In this document: positions 27,485-39,856 of the stretch, one piece after another | Layout: the number at the start of each line of letters is the position of its first letter | Position numbering within the stretch: position 1 is the stretch's first letter | Source: Octopus vulgaris | Lineage: Eukaryota | NCBI GenBank assembly: GCA_951406725.2 | Contig: OX597826.1 | Span: forward strand, 80,724,001-80,788,000 | DNA length: 64,000 nucleotides | Direction: 5' to 3' | Position numbers and translations under genes: made by a program | The notes under the pieces: model-generated | Seen by the model: only the letters and a program-made list of their open reading frames with translations | The model's database searches: none | What the model was told of the DNA's origin: nothing

Positions 27485-27792
27485 AAGAAGAAGGACCCCC
27501 TTCGGTCGTGAATGACCATGGGATTGAACCTACAAAGTTCCCCTCTGTGACACAAGTCCGCAGTCACCCATGCCTACCAGCCTCCCCTCTCCACACCACC
27601 GATGTTATCCAAGAGAAAAGCAAAGGCTGATACAGCTTGGCACCAATGACATCACAACACATTCCTACAGCTGAGTGAACTGGAGCAACATGAAATAAAG
27701 AGTCTTGCTCAAGAACACAACACACAGCTCAGCCCAGGAATCGAACTCACTAGCTCAGTATTATGAGCCAGATGCTCTAACCACTGAGCCAT
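27485..27792 (-). mobile_element. Family D tRNA-derived SINE (relatives at ~17100-17340 minus, 53270-53575 plus)
   Basis: Minus head TGGCTCAGTGGTTAGAGC...GAGTTCGATTCC, then TTCTTGAGCAAGAC...CACTCAGCTGTAG. Confidence 0.78.
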
Positions 27793-27820
27793 GCACATTC
27801 ATGGACTATCAGTAGATACT

Positions 27821-27884
<64 letters not shown>

Positions 27885-29374
27885 GGTCGCTTAATGCATT
27901 TAAAGATTATGTTGAGAAATGTGTGTGTGTGTGTGTGCGTACATATAAACATGCATACAAAAGGAGGGAGAAAGAGCAAAAGAGAGGGAGTAGTTACAAA
28001 CTAAACCAAAAATTACAGACGGACAGACTTGACTAAACTTATTATAGGCTACCATTACAAAAGTTTATAAAGTGTTTAAGCATTGGGTCTACAGCGCACA
28101 TGCAGGTGACAAAATGATATCTTGTATAAAGACTAGGATATAATATATAGTGGTATGAAATAATGTAATGGTCAAACCTTCCTCAGTCATGTTAAATATT
28201 TATCATAGCGCTCCATCGGTTACAAGGACGAAGGTTCCAGTTGATCTGATCAACAGAACAGCCTGTAGTTCTTGGGGGGAGATTGAGAAGAAAGAGTGAG
28301 AGAAAGTTGTGATGAAAGAGTACAGCAGGGTTCACCACCATCCCCTGCCAGAGCCTTGTGGAGCTTTAGGTGTTTTTGCTCAATAAACCCTCTCAACACC
28401 CAATCTGGGAATCAAAACCATGATTCTATGACAGCAAGTCCACTTCCCTAACCACAGGGCCTCTACTAAATATTTATATAGCTAGTGTGTCACATATCTG
28501 CCTTCACACAGAAGTGTCAATCAAGAATGTTGGTCACTATATTGACCCTTAACTTTTGTGGCAGGGTGATAAGTGTTAAAGTAATCAGGAACAACATACA
28601 CTCAGACAGGGTCTCAATAATCTTTCCGCTCTAGGCACACAAGGCCCGAAATTCTTAGGGAAGGGGGGTTGGGGCAGTCAATTAGATTGACCCCCAGTAC
28701 GCAACTGAGACTTAATTTACTGACCCTGAAAGGCTGAAAGGAATGAAGTATTAATGCAACCCAATGACAACCAAGTGAGTGGTGAAAATGGACCATTAGA
28801 CTGGTGGTGTAAAGCTGAAGCCCTAGCTGCTACCCTGGTGACTGTAAAGACCACTTGAGGGCTTCATGTCCAGAAGAAGAAGTGATAGGAGACCCAGCAA
28901 GGACTATAGCAGGGTTGCCAAGGCTGCTGTTCCCAGAGCATCACCAGTCACAGCTGATCCAAAAGCTTACCTCATCTTTAGTGCTAGAGGCCAATGGTGA
29001 GGAAATTGAGAACCTCACCCTGAGTGGTACCATACCATGCGGTACATGTGACAGTGGGGAGGGAAAACACAAAAGAAAAGAAACGAAACCAAATCAAAGG
29101 CATTCAAGCTGTACAAAGAGCTGCTCCCATGGTTGAACTAAATGCAATTCATGAAGGAGTTCTTGAGAGAACTAATGGAATGTTTTAAGGAAAAGGATGA
29201 GAATAATTTACTGAGTCAGAAGAACAGAATTGAAAACCACAGTCATCATAACCAGTAACTAACCTGCTTCTTGCCTTAAACTCAATCTAGGTGGCAGCTT
29301 CTCACCTATGAGGCAGGCATATTGCATTTTTAAGCTTCATTTTAATTATATCTACGTGTATGTCTTCATTTAAT

Positions 29375-29670
29375 TATCATCATCATCGTTTAACGTCCAC
29401 TTTCCATGCTAGCATGGGTTGGACGGTTTAACTGTGGGCTGGTGAACCAGATGGCTGCACCAGGCTCCAGTCTAGATCTGGCAGAGTTTCTACAGCTGAA
29501 AGCCCTTCCTAACACCAACCACTCCGAGAGTGTAGTGGGTGTTTTTACGTGCCACAGGCACGGGGGCCAGTCAGGCGGTACTGGCAACGACCTCACTCGA
29601 ATTTTTTTTTCTTTTTACACATGCCAACGGCACAGGTGCCAGTAAGGCGATGCTGGTAATGATCCCGCTC
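29375..29670 (-). mobile_element. Family C interspersed repeat with (GAT)n tail
   Basis: Minus strand GGTGTTAGGAAGGGC...CCAACCCATGCTAGCATGGAAAGTGGACGTTAAACGATGATG. Other copies at 1-127, 7905-8250, 16265-16570, 26545-26780, 29890-30160. Confidence 0.8.
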
Positions 29671-30179
29671 ATAATTAAAAAAGTTAACACCTTAATATAT
29701 TGAGCAATGTCTTTCCTCCACCTCCTCTTCACTTCTTTATATAACCTTTCTTTTTTATCATCACATATTTGCAACACATTTGTATGCAAATAAAAGTGAA
29801 AATTTATTATTATCATCATTATTATCAGAATGATGAGGATGAGACTGATGATGTTGGCTCCAGACCCTGTGTCACCCTCTGGCCTCTCAAAACCTGGCAC
29901 AAAGCCACATCCTGCAATACTGTACTTTTAGTCTGTCAGAAGATCTTATCTTGCAAGTTATGAAACAACTTCACTAGTGCTGGGGACACAAAAGAACACC
30001 CTGTACACACTGGAAAGGGGTTGGCATTAGGAAGGGCATTCAACCTTATAAAAAAACCCTTCCAAAGCAGATATTAGTGCTTTGGTTCATCGAGTCCTGT
30101 CAGCATGATAATCATCATCACAATTTAGCAGATGTTAAATGGTGATGATGATGATGATGATTATCAACACCCTTATCAT

Positions 30180-31080
30180 TAAGATGGTGGACTGGCCGGA
30201 ATGCTTCAGTGACAGACAAATGTTTTTCAGTAATTGTTTCAGCTCTTCACATTCTGCTTAAACCTTGCCAAATCAATGCTGTCTTTCATCCTTTCAGTAA
30301 AGAACTAGTGAAGCAGCAGGGTGAATATACTACTCAACTATTTCTTCCCCAATGAATTTCTAACCTTGTGCCAAGGTAAGAATTATCATTATAATCATGA
30401 TCATTATTAAAGTGGTGAGCTGGCAGAATCGTTAGCGTGCTGGGCGAAATGCTTAGCAGTACTTCACCTGTCGCTACATTCCGAGTTCAAATTCCACCGA
30501 GGTCGACTTTGCTTTTCATCTTTTCAGGGTCGATAAATTAAGTACCAGTTGCGCACTGGAGTCAATCTCATTGACTGGCCCCCACCCCAAAAATTTCAGG
30601 CCTTGCACCTATAGAAGAAAGGATTACTATTATTATTAAGGTGGCGAGCTGACAGAATCATTCGCACGCCGGATGAAATGCTTAGCAGTATTTTTGCCTG
30701 TCGCTACGTTCTGGGTTCAAATTCCGCTGAGGTCAACTTTGCCTTTTATCCTTTTGGGGTTGATAAATTAGGTACAAGTTGAGTACTTGACGGGGGGGGG
30801 GGGGCGATGTAATCGACTGGGCTCCTCCCCCAAAATTTCAGGCCTTGTGCCTATAGTAGAAAGGATTATTAAGGTGGTGATCTGGTAGAATTGTTAGCAT
30901 GCTGGGTAAGGTACTTAGCAGCATTCTTCAGGCTCTTTATGTTCCGAGTTCAAATGCCACCGAGGTTGACTTTTGGGGTTCGATAAAATAAGTACCAGTT
31001 AAGCACTGGGGGTCGATGTAACCAACATCACCCCACCATTCAAAATTACTGACCTTGTGCTAAATTTAAAAACGAATTAT
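30180..31080 (+). mobile_element. Four head-to-tail copies of family B SINE
   Basis: Units start AAGGTGGYGAGCTGGCAGAATCGTTAGC-like at ~30181, 30409, 30638, 30871. Each has a GAGTTCAAATTCC B box and GCCTTTCATCCTTTCGGGGTCGATAAA-like centre, joined by (TAT)n. Confidence 0.88.
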
Positions 31081-34000
31081 TATTAACACAACCCTAGTAT
31101 TCTCAGAGCACATCACTGTGAACATCTCTGAGAAATTGATTTATAAAATGTTCAACAGATAAACATAAAAGTACCGATTGTTTACAGGAAAGCAAAGAAA
31201 CAGGATGCTGGATTATTCTGTCCCATCCCAGAATGTAACAAGGTGTGTGAGAGAGGGAGGGAGAGGGGGAGAGAGAGAGAGATCCGATTAAGCTTCATGC
31301 AATACAAAAACTACTAAGAAATCAGTATTTCGTAAGCTTCTGGCTACCTGACTTCGATTCCCAGCAACACTCATTCGTCCACCCACTCAAAAATCTGAGG
31401 ACTTTCACTTATGTAAGCATTCTCCAGCGAAGTGGGCGCAAAGGGTGGGCGGGACAGGAGAAAGACATTGGTGTGAAACAGTTCAAGAGCAAATAAAGGA
31501 GATGGAACACGGTTTGGCGAAATCAGTAGAGTTCCCGATCAAATGATTTCTATTTGCTTATATAGTTCCGAGTTCAAATCCTCACCCAGTCCGCTTTGCC
31601 ATTCATTCTTCTTTCATCAATAAAATGACTGACAGTCGAGTATTTGAGTGCACTGCTGTAGGCGGTGCCCCAGTATGACCGCAGCGAAATGACAAATCAG
31701 TAAAAGATATCTATCTATATAATGATTATATATATATATATATAATTATTCCTTGGTCAGTACCCGCATCAACGAACGCATTAAACAGGTTAACCTCGCC
31801 ACAATCAAAATTATCATGATATCACTCAAATAATCCAAACATATGTATAATTTATATAAATAGCTTTGTAGTTTATTGATTTCCCCGTATTGTGTTACCC
31901 TTGTGGCAAACAAATTATTATAAATGTTTAAATCGTTTAGAGACGTTTTACCGGGAAACCGAATGGTCTAACACACACACACACACACACAGACGTTTAG
32001 GGCGTGTGAAAAGGACCCCTATCGCAATGTTAGGTGACATCAGTATTACCAATTCCATTTTTTTATGGTAACCAACGAGGGAGATAAGCGAGTGGTTATT
32101 TGACCTGCTAAAAATAGCCGTTAAATCTCTTGCAAATTACACTGTACCGTCTTAAATAAAGATGTATTGATTAATGTCAGCTCTGACGATAATAATAATA
32201 AATTAAAAACACATTGGTCATCGCTGGAAAGCCTTTGATCACAGGCCTGCTAAATTAGCGCTGGCTTGAGGCTAAACTGAAAAAGAATTCCCGGATTTGT
32301 AAATTATAAAAGTAGAAATAGGATTAGAAGATGTGAACAACCTTCGCTTAAATTAAGTAAATATTGAAAACGAATAAACAATCCCTTCTCGTTTTTGGTT
32401 ATATATTACCCTAAGACTTTCATCTTTCCTGGTTATTCTACAATGGCTTTGTGACAAAGGAATCATGATTATTCCTTATTTTATTTCGTATTTCCGTTTA
32501 TATATAACATTCGCCTGGGACGCACCCCCGTGTTTACAGTCTGTGTGAATATCGTTGACAATCTATTTGTTTTGTAGTCGGAAACTAACCCTGCTCGAGC
32601 AGACCCATGATCAAATGTATTCCATTCCAGCCGTGACCATCTCATCCTTTCGAATGTCTAGGAATACATGTATGCGTCCAGTCTTTCTTTCTTTTTTTTT
32701 TTTCCATAACTGGATTTGAGGGTGGGGGGGGGAACAGAATCTCACTGCTTTACAGTAAAACAAAGAGGAAATTAGAAAAGAAAAAAAAATAGTAAGGAGG
32801 TTAGGAGTATATTCGAAAAGAAATTATAATCATAGATAAACAGAGAGTCTGCAGATAAATTCGGCTTGAATTCTTTGTAAGGAACATTTCACTTCCATTT
32901 TCGCCAAAATATGAGATTCGAACGTCACATGCGATCTTATTTCTCCTATCAGAGAAATTCTGAGCCAACTATAGAACCACCACGATGGTGTTAGACTTGC
33001 TAGAAATAACAGCCAAATCCCCTTCAAATCACACCTTTTCGTGTTGAAATAAAAGATACAATAGATAACGTAGTTCCTGATATGTAAATACAATTTAAAA
33101 AAAAAAAAAGATGCGATGGTCACGACTAGAATGTCTTTAATAACAGATTTACTGTGCTTGGATCAGAGCTGATAACATTAGAAATATTTGCACTAATGTC
33201 AGAAATCATCATTATTATGAAATCCAAATCCCACGAGTTCAATTTCACCTGTCATCTTTCTAGGATCGATAAAATAAAGAACAAGTGAATGCCGAGGGAG
33301 ATTAAATCGATCATTCTCGGCCCACAAAATGATAGGCCTACATTAGAAATTATTATTATCATTATTATTATTATTATTATTATTATTAATACGTTCCGTG
33401 TTTAAATTCCACCTCTCATCCTTTCGGGGTCGACAAAATAGGTACCAGTTGAACACTGAAGTCATGTAATTGATTTTCCCTTCCCCTGAAAATTTCTAGA
33501 CTTGTACCAAAATTTGGACCATTATCATTGATTAGATTCAATCTTACTATGTTCGACTTTGCCTCCCATGTAAGGTCGATAAAACAAGTACCAGTCATAT
33601 ACTGGTATTATTGGAATTCAGTTGGCTATTCATCCATCCCTCCCTCCCTCCCTCCTCTAAAAATATGAGAAGAACTAATTTCCTTTGTAGTTAAGGAGGA
33701 TGCAGGTAAGGTTACAGCAGTAAATTCTCATCGACCTTACATCGCAACTCGACTCGAATTCCCAGTCGGAACAATTTAACCGAACCGCATCCGAAAAAGA
33801 GCCATCGTCTAGGAAAGCCTCTATGCGGTCGTTCGACCTGCTAGAAACAACAGGCGAATTTACCAAGCGCCCAACATCTTTGAAAAATAGAAATTTAATA
33901 AAAGAAAAGGGGAAAAAAAAAGGATACACTGCAAAGTAATTCTATGAGGGAATAAAATGTGAAGCTGTTCACAGAGAGGACCCGCTTGTCCACGAGGCCG

Positions 34001-35018
34001 TAGGGGGGTGTTTCGTGAGGAGATGAGGAGCAAGGAATAAACAACGAGCGTCATTTTCGTTTCTTTAATTGCACCAGAGTAAAGCATGCAAGTCACAACA
34101 CACCATTCTTTTTCACTCGGAAAAGAAAGGAAATAAATTTTAAAAAACAGACTTATTATTTATGTTAATGTAAGCTTTCAAAAAAATCTTTTCATTCATA
34201 GATTGTGGTTTCGCATCCCGCTCCGGGCGTTTCTTGGGTGGGTTTTTTTATAAATTGAAATAAATTCCATGCAAAATGACAAGATGCCTCTCGTCTTCTC
34301 GAACGTCGCACAAATTCATTCGTCCTTCTTCTGTATAATAAAACTTGGTGGTTTTTACAAGATTACAAAGAGGAAACCCTACCTGTCTATCTAAAATTTA
34401 GAGACTTTGTCGTTGTTTTTACCTCAGGGTCGGCCTCTCCCCCCCACCCCACCCCCCACTTGCCTCAGCAGAACATCTAAAAACAAAGCAACAGTAACTA
34501 ACTTGACTAATTATGGATATGTCTAGGACTACATTATCTGTGTCCTTTACTTAAGACGGAATATGGAGACCGTGACAGCTATTTCTAGCAGGTCGTACAA
34601 CTACTCCGTTGACGACTCGACTCCTCCCCCCCCCCACCAGCTATCACCATCGATCAACCACCAACACCACCACCGGGATAGGAAGCCAACCCTTCGGCAG
34701 CTAAACACTCCCGTAAAACTATCTCTGGCAGCTGAATAATAAAACCTTTTTAGACATTAAGAGAGAGGCACAAATTGATGGTGACAGGATGAGACGCAAA
34801 GGGAAAAAACGCCTGTAGCAGACATGGAACCTCGAACCTTGAACCTCTTCGTTCCAACACCTTAGAACCACGCGACCATTTCCATCTCAACCCTTATATA
34901 TAAACATAATTCTTGCACCCCTTTTTTTTATTATTTTATTTTAATCCTTTTTTTGTTGTTGTTTTTTCTCTTTATATAAATAAGAGATATTAATGATGGA
35001 AATTCCAAAGAAACTTAC

Positions 35019-35235
35019 CGAACTTCACATGTCCAAAGTGTACGAATTTATTGAGTATCACAGTTAAGATTAATCCGAGAACTCGCGAGTTGTAATAGGT
35101 AATGTATATCGTCCACATCATCACCGCACATAAAGCAATTAGTAACCAGTAAAGCGAAGACTGGGGCAGTTCTTCCTCGATTCGGTCGAACAGAGACGAA
35201 TTGGCGTTAGACATCATCATCATCATCATCATCAT
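35019..35235 (-). CDS. BLTP1: First coding exon of bridge-like lipid transfer protein 1 (KIAA1109/tweek/LPD-3 family), N-terminal membrane anchor
   Basis: Translation MMMMMMMMSNANSSLFDRIEEELPQSSLYWLLIALCAVMMWTIYITYYNSRVLGLILTVILNKFVHFGHVKF(G) matches the remembered KIAA1109 N-terminus (WLLVA...WIIYLTYYNSRNVGLILTLVLN...G.IHIG). It ends at a canonical phase-1 donor TTC G|GTAAGT (intron starts 35018). No downstream exon (GSFSFSVLSGK...RWW) was found in 1-35018. Confidence 0.92.
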
Positions 35236-35514
35236 TATGTTGGAGGATAGAAAAAAGGTGACACAAGACAATGAAGAGATGCTGTGTTTAGTGTCTTCTT
35301 CCCTCACATTAACAAATATACAAGGAATACTTTGGAATACTTTGCAATCAAAGCTCAAAGCAATCCAAATTTCTTTACTTCGAATACAATCTTTTTTTTT
35401 ATTTTTTAGGCTTGAAAGTGTTTATTTACTTGTAGATGTAAGAGAATTCGTATAATTACTAGGGTAACTTATTTTCACACACATATATATGTGTATATAT
35501 GTATGTATGTTTGT

Positions 35515-35845
35515 GTGTGTTATTAGTATTGTTAGGTAATATATATATATATATATATATACATATGTATGTATATATATGTGTGTGTTATTATTGTTGT
35601 TAGGTAATATATATATATATATATGTATATACACATATATATGTATGTGTATATATATATATGTATGTATATGTGTGTTATTATTGTTGTTAGGTAATAT
35701 ATATATATATGTATGTATATATATATATGTGTGTGTGTGTTATTATTGTTAGGTCATATATATATATATGTATGTATATATATATGTGTGTATATATGTA
35801 TGTATATATATGTATGTGTGTGTGTTATTATTGTTGTTAGGTAAA
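35515..35845. repeat. Compound tandem repeat: TGTGTTATTATTGTTGTTAGGTAA plus (TA/TG)n, five units
   Basis: Recurring anchor at ~35518, 35585, 35675, 35738, 35822. Confidence 0.8.
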
Positions 35846-36179
35846 GTAGCAAATCGAAAATAAAGGACAACACGAATAATTTTAAATTGTCATTAAATAA
35901 AGGGACAAGGGTCAACAAGAAACACAAACCTAATGGTATATAACAATAATAATAATAATAATAGTAATACTATGCTGTGTGTGTGTATATATAGGTGAGT
36001 GTATAGGTGAGTGTATAACGGTGTGGTTGTGTATAATTGTGTATCAATGATGTTCACTCCTTTTGGTGTTGGGCATAAATGGATTTGAGGTGTTGTAGGG
36101 TTTTTTTCTTTTTTTCCTTTTACGTTTCTTAGTCCAGTGAGAGCAGCAGTTGAAAGTGTAATAGTAATCGTGGTCGTAG

Positions 36180-36800
36180 AAGGGAGTAATTGACGGCGAT
36201 CGGACATAAACATCTGCCATGCCCGCCGCTCCAGAAACAGATTTCCAGGTGAAATGTATCTTTCATGCTAATTAAAGAAGAAGAAGAAGGAGAAGGAGAG
36301 GAAGAAGGAGAGGAATAGAATGCAGGTCGCAAAACGGTTGGGCTTTTCCCTTGTTGGAAAAAGGCTGGAGAAGCTCAAAGCTCCCACTTTCAATCGTTTG
36401 GTATTGCATGAGTCATATCTACCTAAATCGCCGAATAAATTTGGAGACGGACGGAAGAGAGAGACGACTTCTTCTTCTTCTTCGTCGCTCGCTGCTGTCT
36501 GCTGCTGCTGCTGCTGCTGCCATCTTTCTTTCTTTTCGGGTTTACCTCCCGTTATTTCGCCGACCCTCGCCGACGACACGCGACGATTATTGATTCGTAG
36601 GAAAAAATTTTTTTTTAACTTGCAACAAATAGCTTCGAAAGGAATTTAGCAATTTATCCTTTATATATTCGAATAATGTCCGGGCAAAAATATCGGGTTT
36701 TAAATTGTGTGAGAAAAAAAAATTAATAAATAATCCGTTAGACGAAACCAGACTATTGTTTCTCCACTTCCGGTAATTTGTAAACGAACGAGACCGGGTT
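36180..36800 (-). promoter_or_regulatory. CpG-rich promoter / 5' UTR region of BLTP1
   Basis: Locally GC- and CpG-rich, non-repeat sequence ~1 kb upstream of the coding exon. ETS-type CCGGAAGT at 36766-36773 (minus) and YY1-like AAGATGGCAGC at 36516-36526 (minus). TSS not determinable from sequence. Confidence 0.55.
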
Positions 36801-37152
36801 TGTAAGGTGTTTATTTATAGTTTGTCCTAGCAGACACATTTTTACGTATATATATATACGGGTGTGTGTATGAGGGATTTGCATATGTATATATTAGGAA
36901 TATCCCATTTTATTTCTCTTAATATCTCATGATTTTGTCTTTGCATTAGATAATAGATACATGCACCATTTATATGTACGTATGTATTATATATATATGT
37001 TTGTCCCATTTTGTATTATATATATATATATATAATACAAAATGGGACAAGAACGCAAAACATCCAGATAAGACGATATAAAAAACACGGACGGGTCTTT
37101 CGAAGCCTTTAATCTTCAGTCAAGAACCGGATCATCCTCGCAATTTCTGCTG

Positions 37153-37223
<71 letters not shown>

Positions 37224-37959
37224 TATACTTACCTTAAAGATATATATGTGTGTATTTCTATATCAATATGTATCTTACAAACATAATATAGGTGTGAATA
37301 TACATATATATGTATGTAGTGTATATACGTGTGTAGTGCGTATGTGTGTGTGTGTGTGTGTATGTATGTGTATTTATATGTATCTTAAAAGTATGTTATA
37401 TATTTTTATATTTATGTATCGATATGTATCTCACATATATTATACTATAGGTATAAATATACATTTCATATGTGTGTGTGTATGTGCGTATGTATGTATA
37501 TATGTATGTATGTATGTATGTAGGTAGGTAGGTAGGTAGGTATTTACTAAAACGGTCTCAGTTAATAAAAACAGAAAGCCTTCCCTGTTTCATTCATTAT
37601 TGTTTAATCACAGAAATACCGCTGCCGTTTTGCGTTACTACATTCGCTACATTCCATTTCTGTTCTAACGGGGTGCATTCCATTTACGTTCTTCGTGGGG
37701 TGCAAACGAGGTGGTCACACCTGTACTCTATTGCCATTGTAAGGAATCATAATTATTTATGGAATCAATAAGACTGGGAAGTGACGGAAAAGACTGGCTG
37801 CCGGCATCGGCATCTTCCTTTTGCATATTTAGTTACGTCCCTTTACGTTCCGAGTTCGAATCCCACAAGCGTTAGTCATTCTTACTTCTATGTTATTTAT
37901 TTCCCAATATATTTGTGGTTTTTGTACGATGTGTACAAACAAGCGCACGCGCACGTTTA

Positions 37960-38117
37960 CGTAAGAAGCCTGCTTCCCAACCATGCGATGTTGAGTTCAG
38001 TCCCACGGAGCGTCACCGTGTACAAGTGCTTTGTACTATGGCCCTGGGCCGACCGAAGCCATAGGAGTGGATTTGGTAGCGAAAACTGAAAGTCGCCGCG
38101 CGTGCGTGCGTGAGTGT

Positions 38118-38158
<41 letters not shown>

Positions 38159-38236
38159 GTCTGCCCTCATCTCCCCACCATCACCTGACAACTGCTGGTG
38201 GTTTATTTACGCCCCCGTAACTTAGCGGTTCGGCAC
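37960..38236 (+). mobile_element. Family A SINE, truncated by the palindromic hammerhead element
   Basis: Breaks after CTTAGCGGTTCGGCA. Confidence 0.75.
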
Positions 38237-38492
38237 ATTATTTACATTTGACGCATATTTGTCCTCATCTTGTTTGTTATTAACACAACGTTTCGGCTGA
38301 TATACCCTCCAGCCTTCATCAGGTGTCTTGGAGAAATTTTGAACCTGGGTTCTCATTCCTAAGGTATTTTTCGATGTTATTATTATTACTATTATTATTA
38401 TTCAGGTCACTGCTTAGAATCGAACTCGGAACCTCGGGGTTAGTAGCCCGCGCTCTTAACCCCAAGATTTCAAGTTCGATTCCAAGCAGTGA

Positions 38493-38552
<60 letters not shown>

Positions 38553-38725
38553 GAAGAAGAAGAAGAAGAAGAAGAATAACAACATCGAAAAATACCTTAG
38601 GGATAAGAACCCAGGTTCGAAATCTCCCCAAGACACCTGATGAAGGCCGGAGGGCATATCAGCCGAAACGTTGTGTTAACAACAAACAAGATAAGGACAA
38701 ACATCCGTCAAATGTAGATAATGTA
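38237..38725. mobile_element. Palindromic tRNA-headed, hammerhead-tailed element (copy 2), inserted in a family A SINE
   Basis: Two inverted arms of ~220-260 bp meeting at ~38460. Each carries GACAC-CTGATGA-A-GGCYG(10 nt)CAGCC-GAAAC-GTT-GTGTT (38282-38327 minus; 38632-38677 plus). Confidence 0.85.
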
Positions 38726-38829
38726 GGTATTTATATGTTTTTAAATTTTAATTATTTCTGTGGGAGGTTTTGGAACTTCACTGCGGCGATAGTCGAGGGA
38801 TTACTGCATTTTGTTTCTTTTGTCTTTCA

Positions 38830-39200
38830 ACTTTTACTTGTTTCAGTCACTGGATTGCGATCACGCTGCGACACCGCCTTGAATGGTTTTAGTCGAAAAA
38901 TTCACCCCCATCCCCACCCCGCCCAGTACTTATTATGAAATTTGATATTTCTTTTATCGGTGTCTTTTGCTGAACCGCTAAGTTATGAGGCCGTAAACAA
39001 AGCAACACTGGTTGTCAAGTGATGGTGCCATACACACACATGTAATCAACGGGCTTCTACATGGTTTCTTTTTACCAAATTCACTCACAAGGCATTGGTC
39101 GGCTCAAGTTTGTAGCTGAACACACTTGCCCAAGGTGCCGTGCTGTAGTATTGAACTCGAAACCGCGTGGTTGAGCTTTTTTAGCCGCACAGTCATGTTT
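38830..39200 (-). mobile_element. Family A SINE, diverged
   Basis: Both modules recognisable. Confidence 0.75.
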
Positions 39201-39803
39201 TATTTTATTTTATTTTTATTGCCTGAAACGTTCGTCTGGTAACTATCTGCCTAAATTCTCTAATTTCATGTCCCTGGCCCTCATGAGTTATTTCCCTTAG
39301 TTAAACTTTAAGCTAAACTAATTTACGCAAACAATACTGTCTACAAATTTTTGTAATTCTCTTTACTGTTTGTAAAAGCAGGACCCTGACCGTCTGCTGT
39401 CAATTTGTACTGGTTGCCGTTGAGACCTCAGCTAATCTCGGACCCCATTTCTGATATCCTCCACAATATCGGGATTGTTGCGACTGGTCTGAGAAATGAT
39501 CCCAACGAGTTTGGGTGGTTGTTGCAGCGAGTGTCTCTGGTCATTCTCCGCAGCAACACCTCTACATGTCCGCAAGGCGCAGCAGAACACACCATTTAGC
39601 CTACAACCCGTTACTCCCCACCACCACCACCATCGTCCTTAGTTGCTTAAACCCCACGCCTACCCTTTAATTCTTTTTGTCTCCTTGGTGAAATAATTAG
39701 GGCGAGGGTTCTCGATAACTTTCATACTTTTAATATTATACCTCTTTTTTTCCTGTAAAAATATGCAAAAGTCTCTCTCCACTGATCAAAACAGACTAAA
39801 AAA

Positions 39804-39856
39804 GACTACGCTTCGCTGATGTGGTCAAATAAGACCGAAACATGTCTGTAGCAGTC
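39804..39856 (+). ncRNA. Minimal PLE-type hammerhead (family with decayed copies elsewhere in window)
   Basis: GACT-ac-GCTTCG-CTGATGT-GGTC(aaataa)GACC-GAAAC-ATGTC-TGTAGC-AGTC: bulged stem I, palindromic ACATGT stem III, GUC site. A9>U. Confidence 0.68.
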
